Positions 17,916 to 27,586 of a stretch of DNA of 64,000 nt are shown piece after piece. The DNA is from Candidatus Brocadiia bacterium. Its GTDB lineage: Bacteria; Planctomycetota; Brocadiia; CAIUPP01. Every line of letters starts with the position of its first letter. Positions within the stretch are counted from its first letter, which is position 1. The position numbers and the translations under genes were made by a program. The DNA is taken from the NCBI GenBank assembly GCA_050015075.1, contig JBEKCB010000002.1, positions 32,001 to 96,000 of the forward strand. The letters run 5' to 3'. The notes under the pieces are model-generated. The model ran no database searches. It was not told the DNA's origin and worked only from the letters and a program-made list of their open reading frames with translations.

Positions 17916-18731
17916 ATGCCGGTCATAGATTTCCACGCGCATGCCTTCCCGGACGCGCTCGCCGCGCGAGCGGTGCCGAAGCTCGAGGATGCCGCGGAGG
18001 TGAAGGCGAAGCTCGACGGCCGAATCTCCTCGCTCCTGAAGTCCATGGACGAAGCCGGCGTCGAGCGCTCCGTGATCTGCTCGATCGCGACCAAGCCGGA
18101 GCATTTCGGGCCGATCCTCAAGTGGTCGCTGGAGATCGCCTCGGAGCAGATCGTGCCGCTCGCGTCGGTCCACCCGGCCGACCCGCTCGCCGCGCAGCAG
18201 GTGCGCGCGGTGGCCCGCGCTGGGCTCCGCGGGATCAAGCTGCATCCGTATTACCAGGGCTTCGACCTGGACGAGGAGCGCGTCCTGCCGATCTACGCGG
18301 CGGCGCAGGAGTGCGGGCTGATCGTGCTCTGCCACACCGGCTTCGACATCGCGTACCCGCGGGACCGGAAATGCGACCCGGCGCGGATTGCGCGCGTGAT
18401 CGAGCTGTTCCCCAAGCTGGCGCTGGTGACGAGCCACCTCGGCGCGTGGGAAGACTGGGACGAGGTCCGGAAGCACCTCCTCGGCAAGCCGGTCTACATG
18501 GAGACCTCGTTCTCGATCCCGTACCTGGGCCGGCCGGCGGCGAAGGCGCTCATCGAGGCGCATCCGCCCGAGTACCTGCTCTTCGGCACGGATTCGCCCT
18601 GGGCGGACCAGAAGGCCGGGATCGCCGAGATCCGCGCGCTGCGGCTGCCGGCGGAGCTGGAGCGGCGGGTCCTCTACGAGAATGCGCGCCGGCTGCTGGA
18701 CTCGAAAGGAAGTCCGAGGCGCGAATCATGA
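17916..18731 (+). CDS. Amidohydrolase family (TIM-barrel) protein
   Basis: 'IDFHAH', 'GIKLHP', 'HTG', 'HLG', 'LFGTDSPW'. Confidence 0.88.
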   Translation: MPVIDFHAHAFPDALAARAVPKLEDAAEVKAKLDGRISSLLKSMDEAGVERSVICSIATKPEHFGPILKWSLEIASEQIVPLASVHPADPLAAQQVRAVARAGLRGIKLHPYYQGFDLDEERVLPIYAAAQECGLIVLCHTGFDIAYPRDRKCDPARIARVIELFPKLALVTSHLGAWEDWDEVRKHLLGKPVYMETSFSIPYLGRPAAKALIEAHPPEYLLFGTDSPWADQKAGIAEIRALRLPAELERRVLYENARRLLDSKGSPRRES

Positions 18732-20620
18732 ACGATAAAACACTTCATCATTCATCAGTCTTACCTCTGACTTCTCTCCGCTGGGCCCTGCTCGGCCTGA
18801 TTCTGCTGTTCGTCGCGTGCGAAACGGTCGAGGTGCGGTTCGCGCGGACGCTCCGCGGGGACGAGACGCTCTACATCCAGGCGGCCTACACGATGATGGA
18901 AACCGGGGACTGGCTCACGCCCCGGTTCGAGACCGGCGAGTTGCGCTTCAACAAGCCGATTCTGCCTTATTGGGTCGTCGGGATTCCGCTGAGCCTCTTC
19001 GGCCTCAGCCTGTCCGCCGCGCGGCTGCCCTCGGTGGCGCTGGCGCTGGCGGCGCTGCCGTTCGTTTATGGACTCGCGCGGGTGCTCGTGCGCGACCGCG
19101 CCGCGGCGCTTTTCGCGGTGGCGGCGTACCTGACGACGGAAGCGGTCTACAGCAACGCGCACCAGGCGCGGACGGACAGCCTGCTGACGTTCTGCGTCGT
19201 CGGGGCGATGTACTTCTTCGCGCGGCTGATCTTCGAGCCGGCTTGCCCTGAGCGAAGTCGAAGGGGCCACGAACGACGCGATGCCTTGCTGGCCTACGGC
19301 CTGACCGCCTGCGCGCTGATCACCAAGGGCATGGTCGGCATCGTCCTCATCCTGCTGCCGGTGGCCGTGTTCCTGTTGATCTCGCGGAAAGCGCAGAGCG
19401 CCGCCCATTCGGCAGGCTCAGGGCGGGCCCATTCGGCGGACTCAGGGCAGGCCCGTTCGGCGGACTCAGGGCAAGCCCGTTCGGCAGGCTCAGGGCAGGC
19501 CCGTTCGGCGGGCTCAGGGCAGGCCCGCTGGCGCATTCTCGCCTCGCCGTGGGGCTGGGCGCTGCTGCTGCTCATCACGGTCCCGTGGTACGCCGTCACT
19601 TACTTCCGATACCGCGGCGTGTTCACGAATATGTTCTTCGAGGACCAGGTGACGGAGAACCTGCACGGCTCGAAATGGTACATCCTCGGGAACGTCTTCC
19701 AGTACCTGTGGCTTCTCCTGAAGGACTGCCTGCCGTGGAGCGCGCCGGCGGTGCTGGCGGTGATCGCGAACGACGGCGGCCTGCGGGCGACCTTCAAAGA
19801 GCGGCGCGCGCAGTGGCTGTTCCTGCTGAGCTGGCTCGGCGTCACGTACGCCATCGTTCTGTTCGGCAATGTCGTCCGAGACCGGTACCTGCTTCCGGCG
19901 CTGCCGGCGGTCGCGGTGCTCGCGGGGCTGGCGGCGGCGAAAGCCGGCGAGGCCGACGCGCGCCCTCGCGGATTCGGGTGGGGACTTCAGCTCGTGGCGC
20001 TGTGCGCGTTCCTGATGGGGCTCGCGTGCCTGAGGCACGTCGAGGTGGAGTATGAGCACCCCGATGTTTATGAGGTGATCGCGGGACTGCTGCTGATGGG
20101 CGGCGCGGCGGCGATATTCCGGCTGGCGCGCTCCGGCCGCATGCAGCAGGCTGCACTCTGCGGCGGCGCACTCATGATGATAGCGATGCTGTCCGTCAGC
20201 GCGTTCTTCATCGCGCCGGCGCCGATGGAGCCGGCTGCCGAACTCGCGCGCGAGAAACTCGCCGGGCTGCCGGCCGGCGCGCAGGTCGCCACGGTCGGTC
20301 TGTCGAAGCAGGTGCGCGCCGCGGTGCTGCTGAACTGCGGCCTGAAGCCCGCCACGCTGACCGAGTCGAAAAAGCCCGCGGAGCAGACGGAAGCTCTCCG
20401 CAAGTTCCTCCAGGTACCGGGGGAAAAATTTGTGCTCATGGATTCGCGCGACTATACGGCTCTTGCGGAAGATGTCCGCGATCAGTGCGTCGTCGCCGCC
20501 GAGAGATCGGCGACGGAGGAACGCGACCTCGATCAATGGCTTCACGAATCGCCCCGCTCGCTCGCAGCGCTGATCCGCGGCACGCAGCAGACGCTCTATC
20601 TCCTCCGCGCCGATCATTAG
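18728..20620 (+). CDS. ArnT/GT39-family membrane glycosyltransferase (paralogue 1)
   Basis: 'DETLY...GDWLTP...NKPILPYW', 'ITKG', 'RYLLPALP'; the ATG overlaps the amidohydrolase stop (ATGA). Confidence 0.85.
   Translation: MNDKTLHHSSVLPLTSLRWALLGLILLFVACETVEVRFARTLRGDETLYIQAAYTMMETGDWLTPRFETGELRFNKPILPYWVVGIPLSLFGLSLSAARLPSVALALAALPFVYGLARVLVRDRAAALFAVAAYLTTEAVYSNAHQARTDSLLTFCVVGAMYFFARLIFEPACPERSRRGHERRDALLAYGLTACALITKGMVGIVLILLPVAVFLLISRKAQSAAHSAGSGRAHSADSGQARSADSGQARSAGSGQARSAGSGQARWRILASPWGWALLLLITVPWYAVTYFRYRGVFTNMFFEDQVTENLHGSKWYILGNVFQYLWLLLKDCLPWSAPAVLAVIANDGGLRATFKERRAQWLFLLSWLGVTYAIVLFGNVVRDRYLLPALPAVAVLAGLAAAKAGEADARPRGFGWGLQLVALCAFLMGLACLRHVEVEYEHPDVYEVIAGLLLMGGAAAIFRLARSGRMQQAALCGGALMMIAMLSVSAFFIAPAPMEPAAELAREKLAGLPAGAQVATVGLSKQVRAAVLLNCGLKPATLTESKKPAEQTEALRKFLQVPGEKFVLMDSRDYTALAEDVRDQCVVAAERSATEERDLDQWLHESPRSLAALIRGTQQTLYLLRADH
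19241..19527. repeat. In-frame REP-like arm (19241-19265) plus five tandem 24-bp copies of its complement (19403-19522)
   Basis: gcttgccctgagcgaagtcgaaggg (ACPERSRRG) and 5x gccc(a/g)ttcggc(ag/gg)(g/a)ctcagggc(a/g)(g/a), encoding A(H/R)SA(G/D)SG(R/Q) repeats. Confidence 0.85.
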
Positions 20621-20695
20621 CTCCACTAGTGCTTAGTTGCGTAAAGGGTATTGCGTCGCCCGGGGCAGACAGCAAATTTGTATTTCCCATCGCCG

Positions 20696-22384
20696 ATGAG
20701 CGATATCCGCGACAACATGACGCCGGCCGGCCAGGCGGCCGTTGAGCCCTGGCGCTGGGCGCAGCTGGCCGCGATGCTGATCGCGGCGTACTTCGCCGTC
20801 GGCGTGTTCGACCACGACATCTGGGCGCCGACGGAACCGGCGGTGGCCGGAGTCGTGTGGGAGATGTGCGCGCACGACGACCTGGCCGTCCCGCGCATCA
20901 ACGGCCTAACCTACCTGGAGAAGCCGCCGCTCTACTACTGGACGGCGTGGGCCTGCTGCAAGGCGGGCGGGCGGATCAGCCCGGGCCTGCTGCGGCTGCC
21001 GGCGGTGACGTTCGGAATCCTCTGTCTGCTCCTGGCATTTTGGGCGGCCCGCGCGCGCTACGGCGCCGCCGCGGCCTGGCTGGCGACGGTCCTCGCCGCG
21101 ACCACGCCGAGCTACTATATGCTCGCCCATCGCGCCACTACGGACATGGCCGCGGCGTTCTTCGCCTTCCTGTGCTTCGCGATTTTCGCCTCGACGCTCT
21201 CCGCATCGGAGGATACTCCGAAGCGGCACTCGCTCGACATCCTCTTCGCGCTCGCGCTGGCGCTCTCGTTCTACAGCAAGAACTTGTACACCTGGCTGAT
21301 CGTGCTGCCGCCGGTGCTGCTTTTCCTGGCGTACAAGCGGCTTTTCCGGCGAATCGGCGTCATCGTCGGTCTGCTGGCGGTGTTCTTCGTCCTGCTGGTG
21401 ACGCCCTGGTGCCTGGCCCTCTTTCGGCACGGCGGATGGGAATACCTGAGGATCGTCTTCGTGGACAACACGCTGGGCCGCTTCTTCAGCCTGGTTCCAC
21501 AGTGGCCTATGACCGAGCCGTTGAACGACGCCTACCGCGCGGAGAAGGACAAATCCAAACTGATCTATATCACGACGCTCTTCTTTTTCTCAACGCCCTG
21601 GGCGCTGGCATTTATCGCCTCCGTGGCGGCGTTTTTCCGGAAGCGCGGCGGCGACTTCCGCCTTTTCCTGAAGATTGCGTTCATTGCGATTCCCGTGGTA
21701 CTCACCCTTTCCTCCTCGAGGGCAGGCGAGTACGTAATACCGGTTTACTTCGCGGCCATCCTCATGGCGGCGGAGTTGCTGCGGGACCTCCTGCAGGAAA
21801 CGCCGCGTCCATGGCGGGACTGGAAGGGCATGCTCGTCGGCCTCAATATCGCGCTCGTCGTCGGACTGTGCCTGGCCATACCGGTGCTGGTCAGCGTAGC
21901 GCTCCGAAGCGGCGCGCCGCTCCTCGGCTTGATCCCCGCGCTGGCGGCGGCGGGCTGGCTGGCAGTGAACCGGCGCGAAAAGTGGCTCACGTTCCGCGTT
22001 CTCTCGACGGCGCTGGCGGTCGTCTGCGGCGCGTTCATCCTGGTGATGGGCTTCATCACGCCGCTGCTCGACCGGCAGAAATCGTTCGCCTATTTCTTCG
22101 ACGCCATCCGCCCCGCCGCCGCGCAACGCGCGCTGTATACGACGTTCTGCGACGATCGCCGATTGCCGTTGATCTCGTATTACCTCGGCCGCCGGGCCGA
22201 AATTGTGCATGACGAGCCGAGCGTCTACAAGCTGCTCCGGAGCGGGCAGCCGCTGGGGATCATCATCGCGTCGAAGTTCTACGAGAGCCGCCAAGCGCAA
22301 TTCGCCGCCATCCCTCACCGCGCCACCATTACCACGCGCGGCCAAGACGTGTTTACCCTGGTGACGCCGGACGAGACTCGATAG
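20696..22384 (+). CDS. ArnT/GT39-family membrane glycosyltransferase (paralogue 2)
   Basis: 'WAPTEP', 'YLEKPPLYYW', multiple TM helices. Confidence 0.85.
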   Translation: MSDIRDNMTPAGQAAVEPWRWAQLAAMLIAAYFAVGVFDHDIWAPTEPAVAGVVWEMCAHDDLAVPRINGLTYLEKPPLYYWTAWACCKAGGRISPGLLRLPAVTFGILCLLLAFWAARARYGAAAAWLATVLAATTPSYYMLAHRATTDMAAAFFAFLCFAIFASTLSASEDTPKRHSLDILFALALALSFYSKNLYTWLIVLPPVLLFLAYKRLFRRIGVIVGLLAVFFVLLVTPWCLALFRHGGWEYLRIVFVDNTLGRFFSLVPQWPMTEPLNDAYRAEKDKSKLIYITTLFFFSTPWALAFIASVAAFFRKRGGDFRLFLKIAFIAIPVVLTLSSSRAGEYVIPVYFAAILMAAELLRDLLQETPRPWRDWKGMLVGLNIALVVGLCLAIPVLVSVALRSGAPLLGLIPALAAAGWLAVNRREKWLTFRVLSTALAVVCGAFILVMGFITPLLDRQKSFAYFFDAIRPAAAQRALYTTFCDDRRLPLISYYLGRRAEIVHDEPSVYKLLRSGQPLGIIIASKFYESRQAQFAAIPHRATITTRGQDVFTLVTPDETR

Positions 22385-22508
22385 CAGCCGCCAACGGCGA
22401 GCAGGACGCCGCTTGTTGATTTCCGGGCGCCGGTTCTGGTAAAAGAGCCCCTGAATACAGGCCATCGTGAACCGTTTCCCGCTCACCTCGTCCGTAAGGC
22501 AAAACCCG

Positions 22509-23804
22509 ATGACCGAAGGCGCCGGAGCTGGAGGGCCTGCCCTGAGCCGCGCTGCCGGCGCGGCAACCGCTCCCGCGCGTCGCGCCGCACCCCTGCCGTT
22601 CTGCCGGCCGACCATCGAGGATGCGGAAATCGCCGAGGTTGTCGCGTCGCTGCGCTCCGGCTGGATCACCACCGGGCCGAAGGTGGCGAAGTTCGAGGCG
22701 CTGTTCCGCGAGCGGTTGCGCGCGCCCGAGGCCATCGCCGTCAATTCCGCCACCGGCGGACTGCACCTGTCCGTCGCGGTGCTGGACCTGAAACCCGGCG
22801 ATGAGGTGATCGTTCCCTCGCTGACCTGGACGGCGACGGCGAACGTGGTCGAACTCTCCGGCGCGCGGCCGGTGTTCGCCGACGTGGACGCCGACACGCT
22901 CTGCCTGGACCCGGAAGACGTGGCCCGCCGGATCACGCCGCGGACGCGCGCGATCATGCCGGTCCACTACGCCGGGCAGCCGGCGGACCTCGACGCGTTG
23001 CGGGCGCCGGCGCGGAAGCACGGCCTGGTCATCATCGAAGACGCCGCGCATGCCATCGGCGCGTTCTACAAAGGCGTCGAGATCGGCGCCTCGGGCGACC
23101 TGGTGGTCTTCAGCTTCCACGCCATCAAGAACGCGACGACCGGCGAGGGCGGGATGATCGTCTGTCCCGCCGACGGCGGACGCTGGGCCGACCGGCTGCG
23201 CCGGCTGAGGCTGCAGGGCGTCGTCAACGGCCCGGACCGCCGTCCCGGTCGCGGGCCGATGGAATATGACGTCCTCGAACCCGGCTGGAAGTACAACATG
23301 ATGGACCTCCAGGCGGCCATCGGCATCCACCAGATGGCGAAGGTGGACGGCTTCATCGCCCGGCGGCGCGCGCTGGCGGAGCGCTACGCAGAACTGCTGG
23401 CGGACGTGAGTGAACTCCGCCCGCTCGGCGCCGTGCGTTATCCGAGCGTCCACGCCTGGCACCTCTACGTCGTGCAACTCGACCTCGAGGCGCTGGACAT
23501 TTCGCGGGCGGAGTTCGGCGCGCGGATGATGAAGGAAGAGAACATCGGCGTCGGGCTGCATTTCATGCCGGTCCACACCTCGACCTACTACAGCGGCAAG
23601 TACGGGTGCAAGCGCGGCGACCTGCCGAACACCGATCGCGCCGGCGACCGGATCCTGTCGCTGCCGCTCTACCCGCTCTTGAAGGAAGAGGACCTGGAAG
23701 ATGTGGTCCGCGCGCTGAAGCGCATGATCGCAGGGCACTTGAAACCACCAAGGCACAAAGGAACAGCGGCTACCACCACGGAATACACGGAGCACACCGA
23801 ATGA
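22509..23804 (+). CDS. arnB: UDP-4-amino-4-deoxy-L-arabinose aminotransferase (DegT/DnrJ family)
   Basis: 'SGWITTGPK', 'IEDAAHAIG', 'FSFHAIKNATTGEGG', 'PGWKYN', 'GLHF', 'SLPLYP'; arn context. Confidence 0.88.
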   Translation: MTEGAGAGGPALSRAAGAATAPARRAAPLPFCRPTIEDAEIAEVVASLRSGWITTGPKVAKFEALFRERLRAPEAIAVNSATGGLHLSVAVLDLKPGDEVIVPSLTWTATANVVELSGARPVFADVDADTLCLDPEDVARRITPRTRAIMPVHYAGQPADLDALRAPARKHGLVIIEDAAHAIGAFYKGVEIGASGDLVVFSFHAIKNATTGEGGMIVCPADGGRWADRLRRLRLQGVVNGPDRRPGRGPMEYDVLEPGWKYNMMDLQAAIGIHQMAKVDGFIARRRALAERYAELLADVSELRPLGAVRYPSVHAWHLYVVQLDLEALDISRAEFGARMMKEENIGVGLHFMPVHTSTYYSGKYGCKRGDLPNTDRAGDRILSLPLYPLLKEEDLEDVVRALKRMIAGHLKPPRHKGTAATTTEYTEHTE

Positions 23805-23890
23805 CTTTCCTCAACAGCTTCAGTGTCTTCCGTGTGTTCCGTGGTTGCAGCATCAGTTGGCGTTCTTGGTGCCTTGGTGCCTTGGTGGTG
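23744..23890. repeat. Nested inverted tandem-repeat elements (8-bp ACCAAGGC outer, 9-bp ACACGGAA inner)
   Basis: Outer arms 23744-23761 / 23865-23890; inner arms 23775-23801 / 23819-23845. Confidence 0.85.
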
Positions 23891-23916
23891 AGAGAAAGCG
23901 TTTGGAGCAAGCAATC

Positions 23917-24876
23917 GTGAAAAGCGGTGACCCGCGTTTGTCGGTCGTCGTCCCGATGCTCAACGAGGCGGCGAACATCGAGCCGCTCTTCGCGCGCCTG
24001 TTCCCCGTGCTCGACGGGACCGGCGAAGCGTATGAGGTCGTGGCGGTGGACGACGGCTCGACCGACCGGACGCTGGAACTGCTCCGCGAGCAGCGGAAAC
24101 TCCATCCGCAATTGCGCGTGCTGTCCTTCGCGCGGAACTTCGGCCAGCACGCCGCGGTCATGGCCGGCTTCGAGGCCTCGCGCGGAGACTGGATCGTCAC
24201 GCTCGACGCGGACCTGCAAAACCCGCCCGAGGAAATCCCGAAGATCGTCGCGGCGTTCCGCGAGGGATACGACCTGGTCAACACGTACCGCGAAGGCCGG
24301 CAGGACACCTCCTTCCGGCGCTGGGCCTCGCGGCTGACGAACGCCATGGTGCGGCGGTTCTCGGGCATCTCGCTCTCGGACTTCGGCTGCATGCTCCGCG
24401 GCTACCACCGCAGCGTCGTGGCGCCGATGGTCGAGCGGAAGGAATACCGCACGTTCATCCCCGCGCTGGCCATGCTCCATGCGCGGCGGCCGACCGAGGT
24501 GGCCGTGCAGCATTCCGCCCGCGAGCGCGGCGCGTCGAATTACTCGCTGCTGAAGCTCTTTTCGCTGCAACTGGACCTGGTGACCAGCTTTTCCATCGCG
24601 CCGCTGCGGATGCTCTTCATCCTGGGGTGGGTCATTGCGCTCCTGGGGATCGGGTTCGGCATCTTCCTGATGATCGGCCGGTTTATCGAAGGCCCGGACT
24701 GGACGGCGGGCGGCGTCTTCACGCTCTTCTCGATTCTGTTCTTCTTCGTCGGCGCGCAGTTCCTGGCATTCGGGCTGCTCGGCGAGTATATCGGCCGCAT
24801 CTACCAGGAAGTGCGCAACCGGCCGACCTACCTGCTGCGCAACGAAGAGCCCAGCGACCGCGCCGGCGAAAGGTGA
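23917..24876 (+). CDS. arnC: Undecaprenyl-phosphate 4-deoxy-4-formamido-L-arabinose transferase (GT2)
   Basis: 'VDDGSTD', 'RNFGQHAA', 'TLDADLQNPPEEIP', 'DFGCMLRGY', 'GLLGEYIGRIY'. Confidence 0.88.
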   Translation: MKSGDPRLSVVVPMLNEAANIEPLFARLFPVLDGTGEAYEVVAVDDGSTDRTLELLREQRKLHPQLRVLSFARNFGQHAAVMAGFEASRGDWIVTLDADLQNPPEEIPKIVAAFREGYDLVNTYREGRQDTSFRRWASRLTNAMVRRFSGISLSDFGCMLRGYHRSVVAPMVERKEYRTFIPALAMLHARRPTEVAVQHSARERGASNYSLLKLFSLQLDLVTSFSIAPLRMLFILGWVIALLGIGFGIFLMIGRFIEGPDWTAGGVFTLFSILFFFVGAQFLAFGLLGEYIGRIYQEVRNRPTYLLRNEEPSDRAGER

Positions 24877-24878
24877 CC

Positions 24879-26594
24879 ATGCAGAAGCGCGTCGCGGCTG
24901 CCCTGCTGGCGCTTTTCGCGGTCGTGTACCTCGCCCCGCTGGGAATCCGGCCGCTCTACGAGACCGACGAATTCCGCTACGCAGAAATCCCGCGCGAGAT
25001 GGTCGCCAGCGGCGACTGGGTCGTGCCGCGGCTCGACGGGATGCGCTATTTCGAGAAGCCGGCGCTCGGCTATTGGCTGACCGCTTCGTCCATGGTATTC
25101 TTCGGTCAGAACCCGTTCGGCGTCAGGCTGCCGGTGGCGCTCTCCGCCGGCGGCGCCGCGCTGGCGCTCTTTCTGCTGGTCCGGCGCTCCTCCTCCGCTG
25201 AAGCCGCAGAGAACAGGCCCGGCGGAGTGGGCGCGGCGGCGGCCGCGGCGGGCATTCTGCTGACAAGTTTCATGTTCTACACGCTCGGCTGCTACAGCAC
25301 GCTGGATATGCCGCTGACGATGTTCCTGACCGCGGCGGCGGTCCTTTTCTATTTCGCGTTCGAGACGGAGAATCCGCGGCGCAAGGTGCTGTGCCTGCTG
25401 TTTTTCGGCGTCGCCGTCGGCTGCGCGTTCCTGACGAAAGGATTCCTCGTCTTCGCTTTTCTGTGTGCGGCGGGCGTGCCGTTCATGCTCTGGGAGCGGC
25501 GCACCGGAAAACTCCTGCGGCTGGCCTGGCTGCCCCTGCTGACGATGGCGCTGGTCGCGCTGCCCTGGTGCCTGATGATCCATCGGCGCGAACCGGACTT
25601 CTGGTCGCAGTTCTTCTGGGAGCAGCACTGGCGGCGGTTCTGGAGCGGGCGCGCGCAGCATGCCCAGCCGGCCTGGTTCTTCATCCCGTGGATCGTCGCG
25701 GGCATCCTGCCGTGGACGGCGCTGGCGCCGGCGGCGATCATCGGCCTCGGAAAGGAAAAGCTCAAGGACCCGCTGATCCGTTTCGCGCTCTGCTGGCTCG
25801 TGTTCCCGTTCCTCTTCTTCTCCGTCTGCAGCGGCAAGCTGCCCACATACATCCTGCCCTGTTTTCCGCCGCTGGCGCTGCTGATCGGCGTGGGACTGCA
25901 CCGGTATTTTGACCAGGGGCGGGGCAAGGCGTTCGTCGCCGGCGCGTGGGCCGTCATTCTGCTGCTCGATGTGGCCATGGTGGCGATCGTAGCCGTCAGC
26001 GCGACCGGCGGAGAGATTCTGGCAGGGCCGCTCGCGGAGGCTCGGCAATTTTTTTACCGGCCGAACGAACAATGGAAATGGCTGCTCCTCATTTCGGCGC
26101 TGGTCGTCTGGGCCGCGTTATGGTTCTGGGGGAGCCGGCCGAGCGTTGCGGTGCACCGGCTGGCGCTGCTGTGCGCGGGGCCGTGCCTTTTCATGGTGGC
26201 CGAGAACTGCGTGATGCCGCAGGCCGCGCAGGACTTCTGCGCGCCGGAAGCGTTCCTCGCGCGCGATTCCGCACGCGTCGAAGCCGGCGCGCCGCTTCTG
26301 GCGCGCGCCGGTCTAACTCACGCCGTCGCATGGCATTACAAACGCACGGATGTCATACTGCTCGACTCCGAAGGCGAATTCGAGTACGGTCTGCTGCACT
26401 CGAATGACAAGAATCGCGAGGTTGAACTGGACGATTTCGCCTCGTTCGTGGCAAAATACCCGCCGACGAAGCTGATTACGGTCCTCGTGGAGAAGGAATA
26501 CTACCAGGACCACCAGGCGCGGTTGCCGAAGGCCGAGTACGTGGACATGAACGCCGCCTTTGTCTTCGCGCAGTATCGAGGAACGGCCAGATGA
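24879..26594 (+). CDS. arnT: 4-amino-4-deoxy-L-arabinose transferase ArnT (most canonical paralogue)
   Basis: 'DEFRYAEIPREMVASGDWVVP..G.RYFEKP', 'AFLTKG', 'GKLPTYILPCFPPLA'. Confidence 0.88.
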   Translation: MQKRVAAALLALFAVVYLAPLGIRPLYETDEFRYAEIPREMVASGDWVVPRLDGMRYFEKPALGYWLTASSMVFFGQNPFGVRLPVALSAGGAALALFLLVRRSSSAEAAENRPGGVGAAAAAAGILLTSFMFYTLGCYSTLDMPLTMFLTAAAVLFYFAFETENPRRKVLCLLFFGVAVGCAFLTKGFLVFAFLCAAGVPFMLWERRTGKLLRLAWLPLLTMALVALPWCLMIHRREPDFWSQFFWEQHWRRFWSGRAQHAQPAWFFIPWIVAGILPWTALAPAAIIGLGKEKLKDPLIRFALCWLVFPFLFFSVCSGKLPTYILPCFPPLALLIGVGLHRYFDQGRGKAFVAGAWAVILLLDVAMVAIVAVSATGGEILAGPLAEARQFFYRPNEQWKWLLLISALVVWAALWFWGSRPSVAVHRLALLCAGPCLFMVAENCVMPQAAQDFCAPEAFLARDSARVEAGAPLLARAGLTHAVAWHYKRTDVILLDSEGEFEYGLLHSNDKNREVELDDFASFVAKYPPTKLITVLVEKEYYQDHQARLPKAEYVDMNAAFVFAQYRGTAR

Positions 26595-27490
26595 GCGTCA
26601 TCGTCATGGCGTACCACGAGATGGGCTGCACCGGGCTGCGGCTGCTGCTTGATGCGGGAGTGGATGTCTCGGCCGTCTTCACCTACGAGGACGATCCGGC
26701 GGAGAACTGCTGGTTCGGATCGGTGTCGAAACTGGCGCGCTCCCGAGGCATCCCGGCCTTCACGCCGCAGAACGTCAATGAGCCGGAATGGGTCCAGAAA
26801 ATCGAGCGCCTGAAACCGGAAGTCCTCTTCAGCTTCTACTATCGCGACCTCATCCGGCGCCCGATCCGTGTGATCCCGGCGCACGGCTGCGTCAACATGC
26901 ACGGTTCGCTGCTGCCGAAGTACCGCGGCCGGTCGCCGGTGAACTGGCAGCTCGTCAACGGCGAGACGGAATCCGGCGTGACGCTGCACTACATCACCGG
27001 CCGCGCGGACGCCGGGGACATCATCGGCCAGGAACGCGTGGAAGTCGGGCCGGAGGACACCGCCATCGTCCTGTACCGCAAGCTCCTGGCGGCGGCGGAG
27101 CGGGTGCTGCGCCGTCATCTGCGCGGGGTCCTCGCCGGCGACGCGCAGCGAATCAAGCAGGATGAATCGCAGGCCACCGTTTTCGGCGGCCGCAAGCCGG
27201 AGGACGGGCGTCTCGATTGGCAGCGCCCGGCATGGGAATTGCACAACCTTGTCCGAGCCGTCGCGCCGCCCTGGCCGGGCGCGTACACCTTCGCCGAGGA
27301 CGGCAAGGTGATGATCCTGCGCACGCGACCGTGCGAAAAGGTCCGTCCCGGCCCCGCGCTGAAGCCCGGCGAGGTAAGAGCGGCCGAAGACGGGGTTTTC
27401 GTCGGCTCGGCCCGCGAGCAGCTTCAGATCATGGCGTATGTCGCCCCGGCCCAGCGCGCGCTGCGGTCGGGAGAAATGCTGGGCGGGTGA
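26591..27490 (+). CDS. arnA: UDP-L-Ara4N formyltransferase (stand-alone ArnA N-terminal domain)
   Basis: 'ENCWFGSV', 'FSFYYR', 'NMHGSLLPKYRGRSPVNW', 'HNLVRAV..PWPGA'. Confidence 0.88.
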   Translation: MSVIVMAYHEMGCTGLRLLLDAGVDVSAVFTYEDDPAENCWFGSVSKLARSRGIPAFTPQNVNEPEWVQKIERLKPEVLFSFYYRDLIRRPIRVIPAHGCVNMHGSLLPKYRGRSPVNWQLVNGETESGVTLHYITGRADAGDIIGQERVEVGPEDTAIVLYRKLLAAAERVLRRHLRGVLAGDAQRIKQDESQATVFGGRKPEDGRLDWQRPAWELHNLVRAVAPPWPGAYTFAEDGKVMILRTRPCEKVRPGPALKPGEVRAAEDGVFVGSAREQLQIMAYVAPAQRALRSGEMLGG

Positions 27491-27568
27491 CGAAGGACGA
27501 TAAACGATGGACGATAGACCATAGAGCATCGTCCATAGTCCATCGTCAATCGTCCATCGTCAATCGTC
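27489..27568. repeat. Inverted tandem-repeat element, 7-bp period (GACGAT family)
   Basis: gacgaag-gacgata-aacgatg-gacgata-gaccata, then catcgtc-catagtc-catcgtc-aatcgtc-catcgtc-aatcgtc, between the two arnA halves. Confidence 0.85.
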
Positions 27569-27586
27569 TCTTGAACGGAGAAAGAC

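Noticed and set aside
18122-18727. Apparent 200-aa N-terminal extension of ArnT paralogue 1
   Set aside because: It overlaps the amidohydrolase in another frame; the ATGA overlap at 18728 is the better start.
19403-19522. Five 24-bp repeats as a possible CRISPR array
   Set aside because: The units are directly adjacent with no unique spacers, lie in-frame in a CDS, and there are no cas genes in the window.
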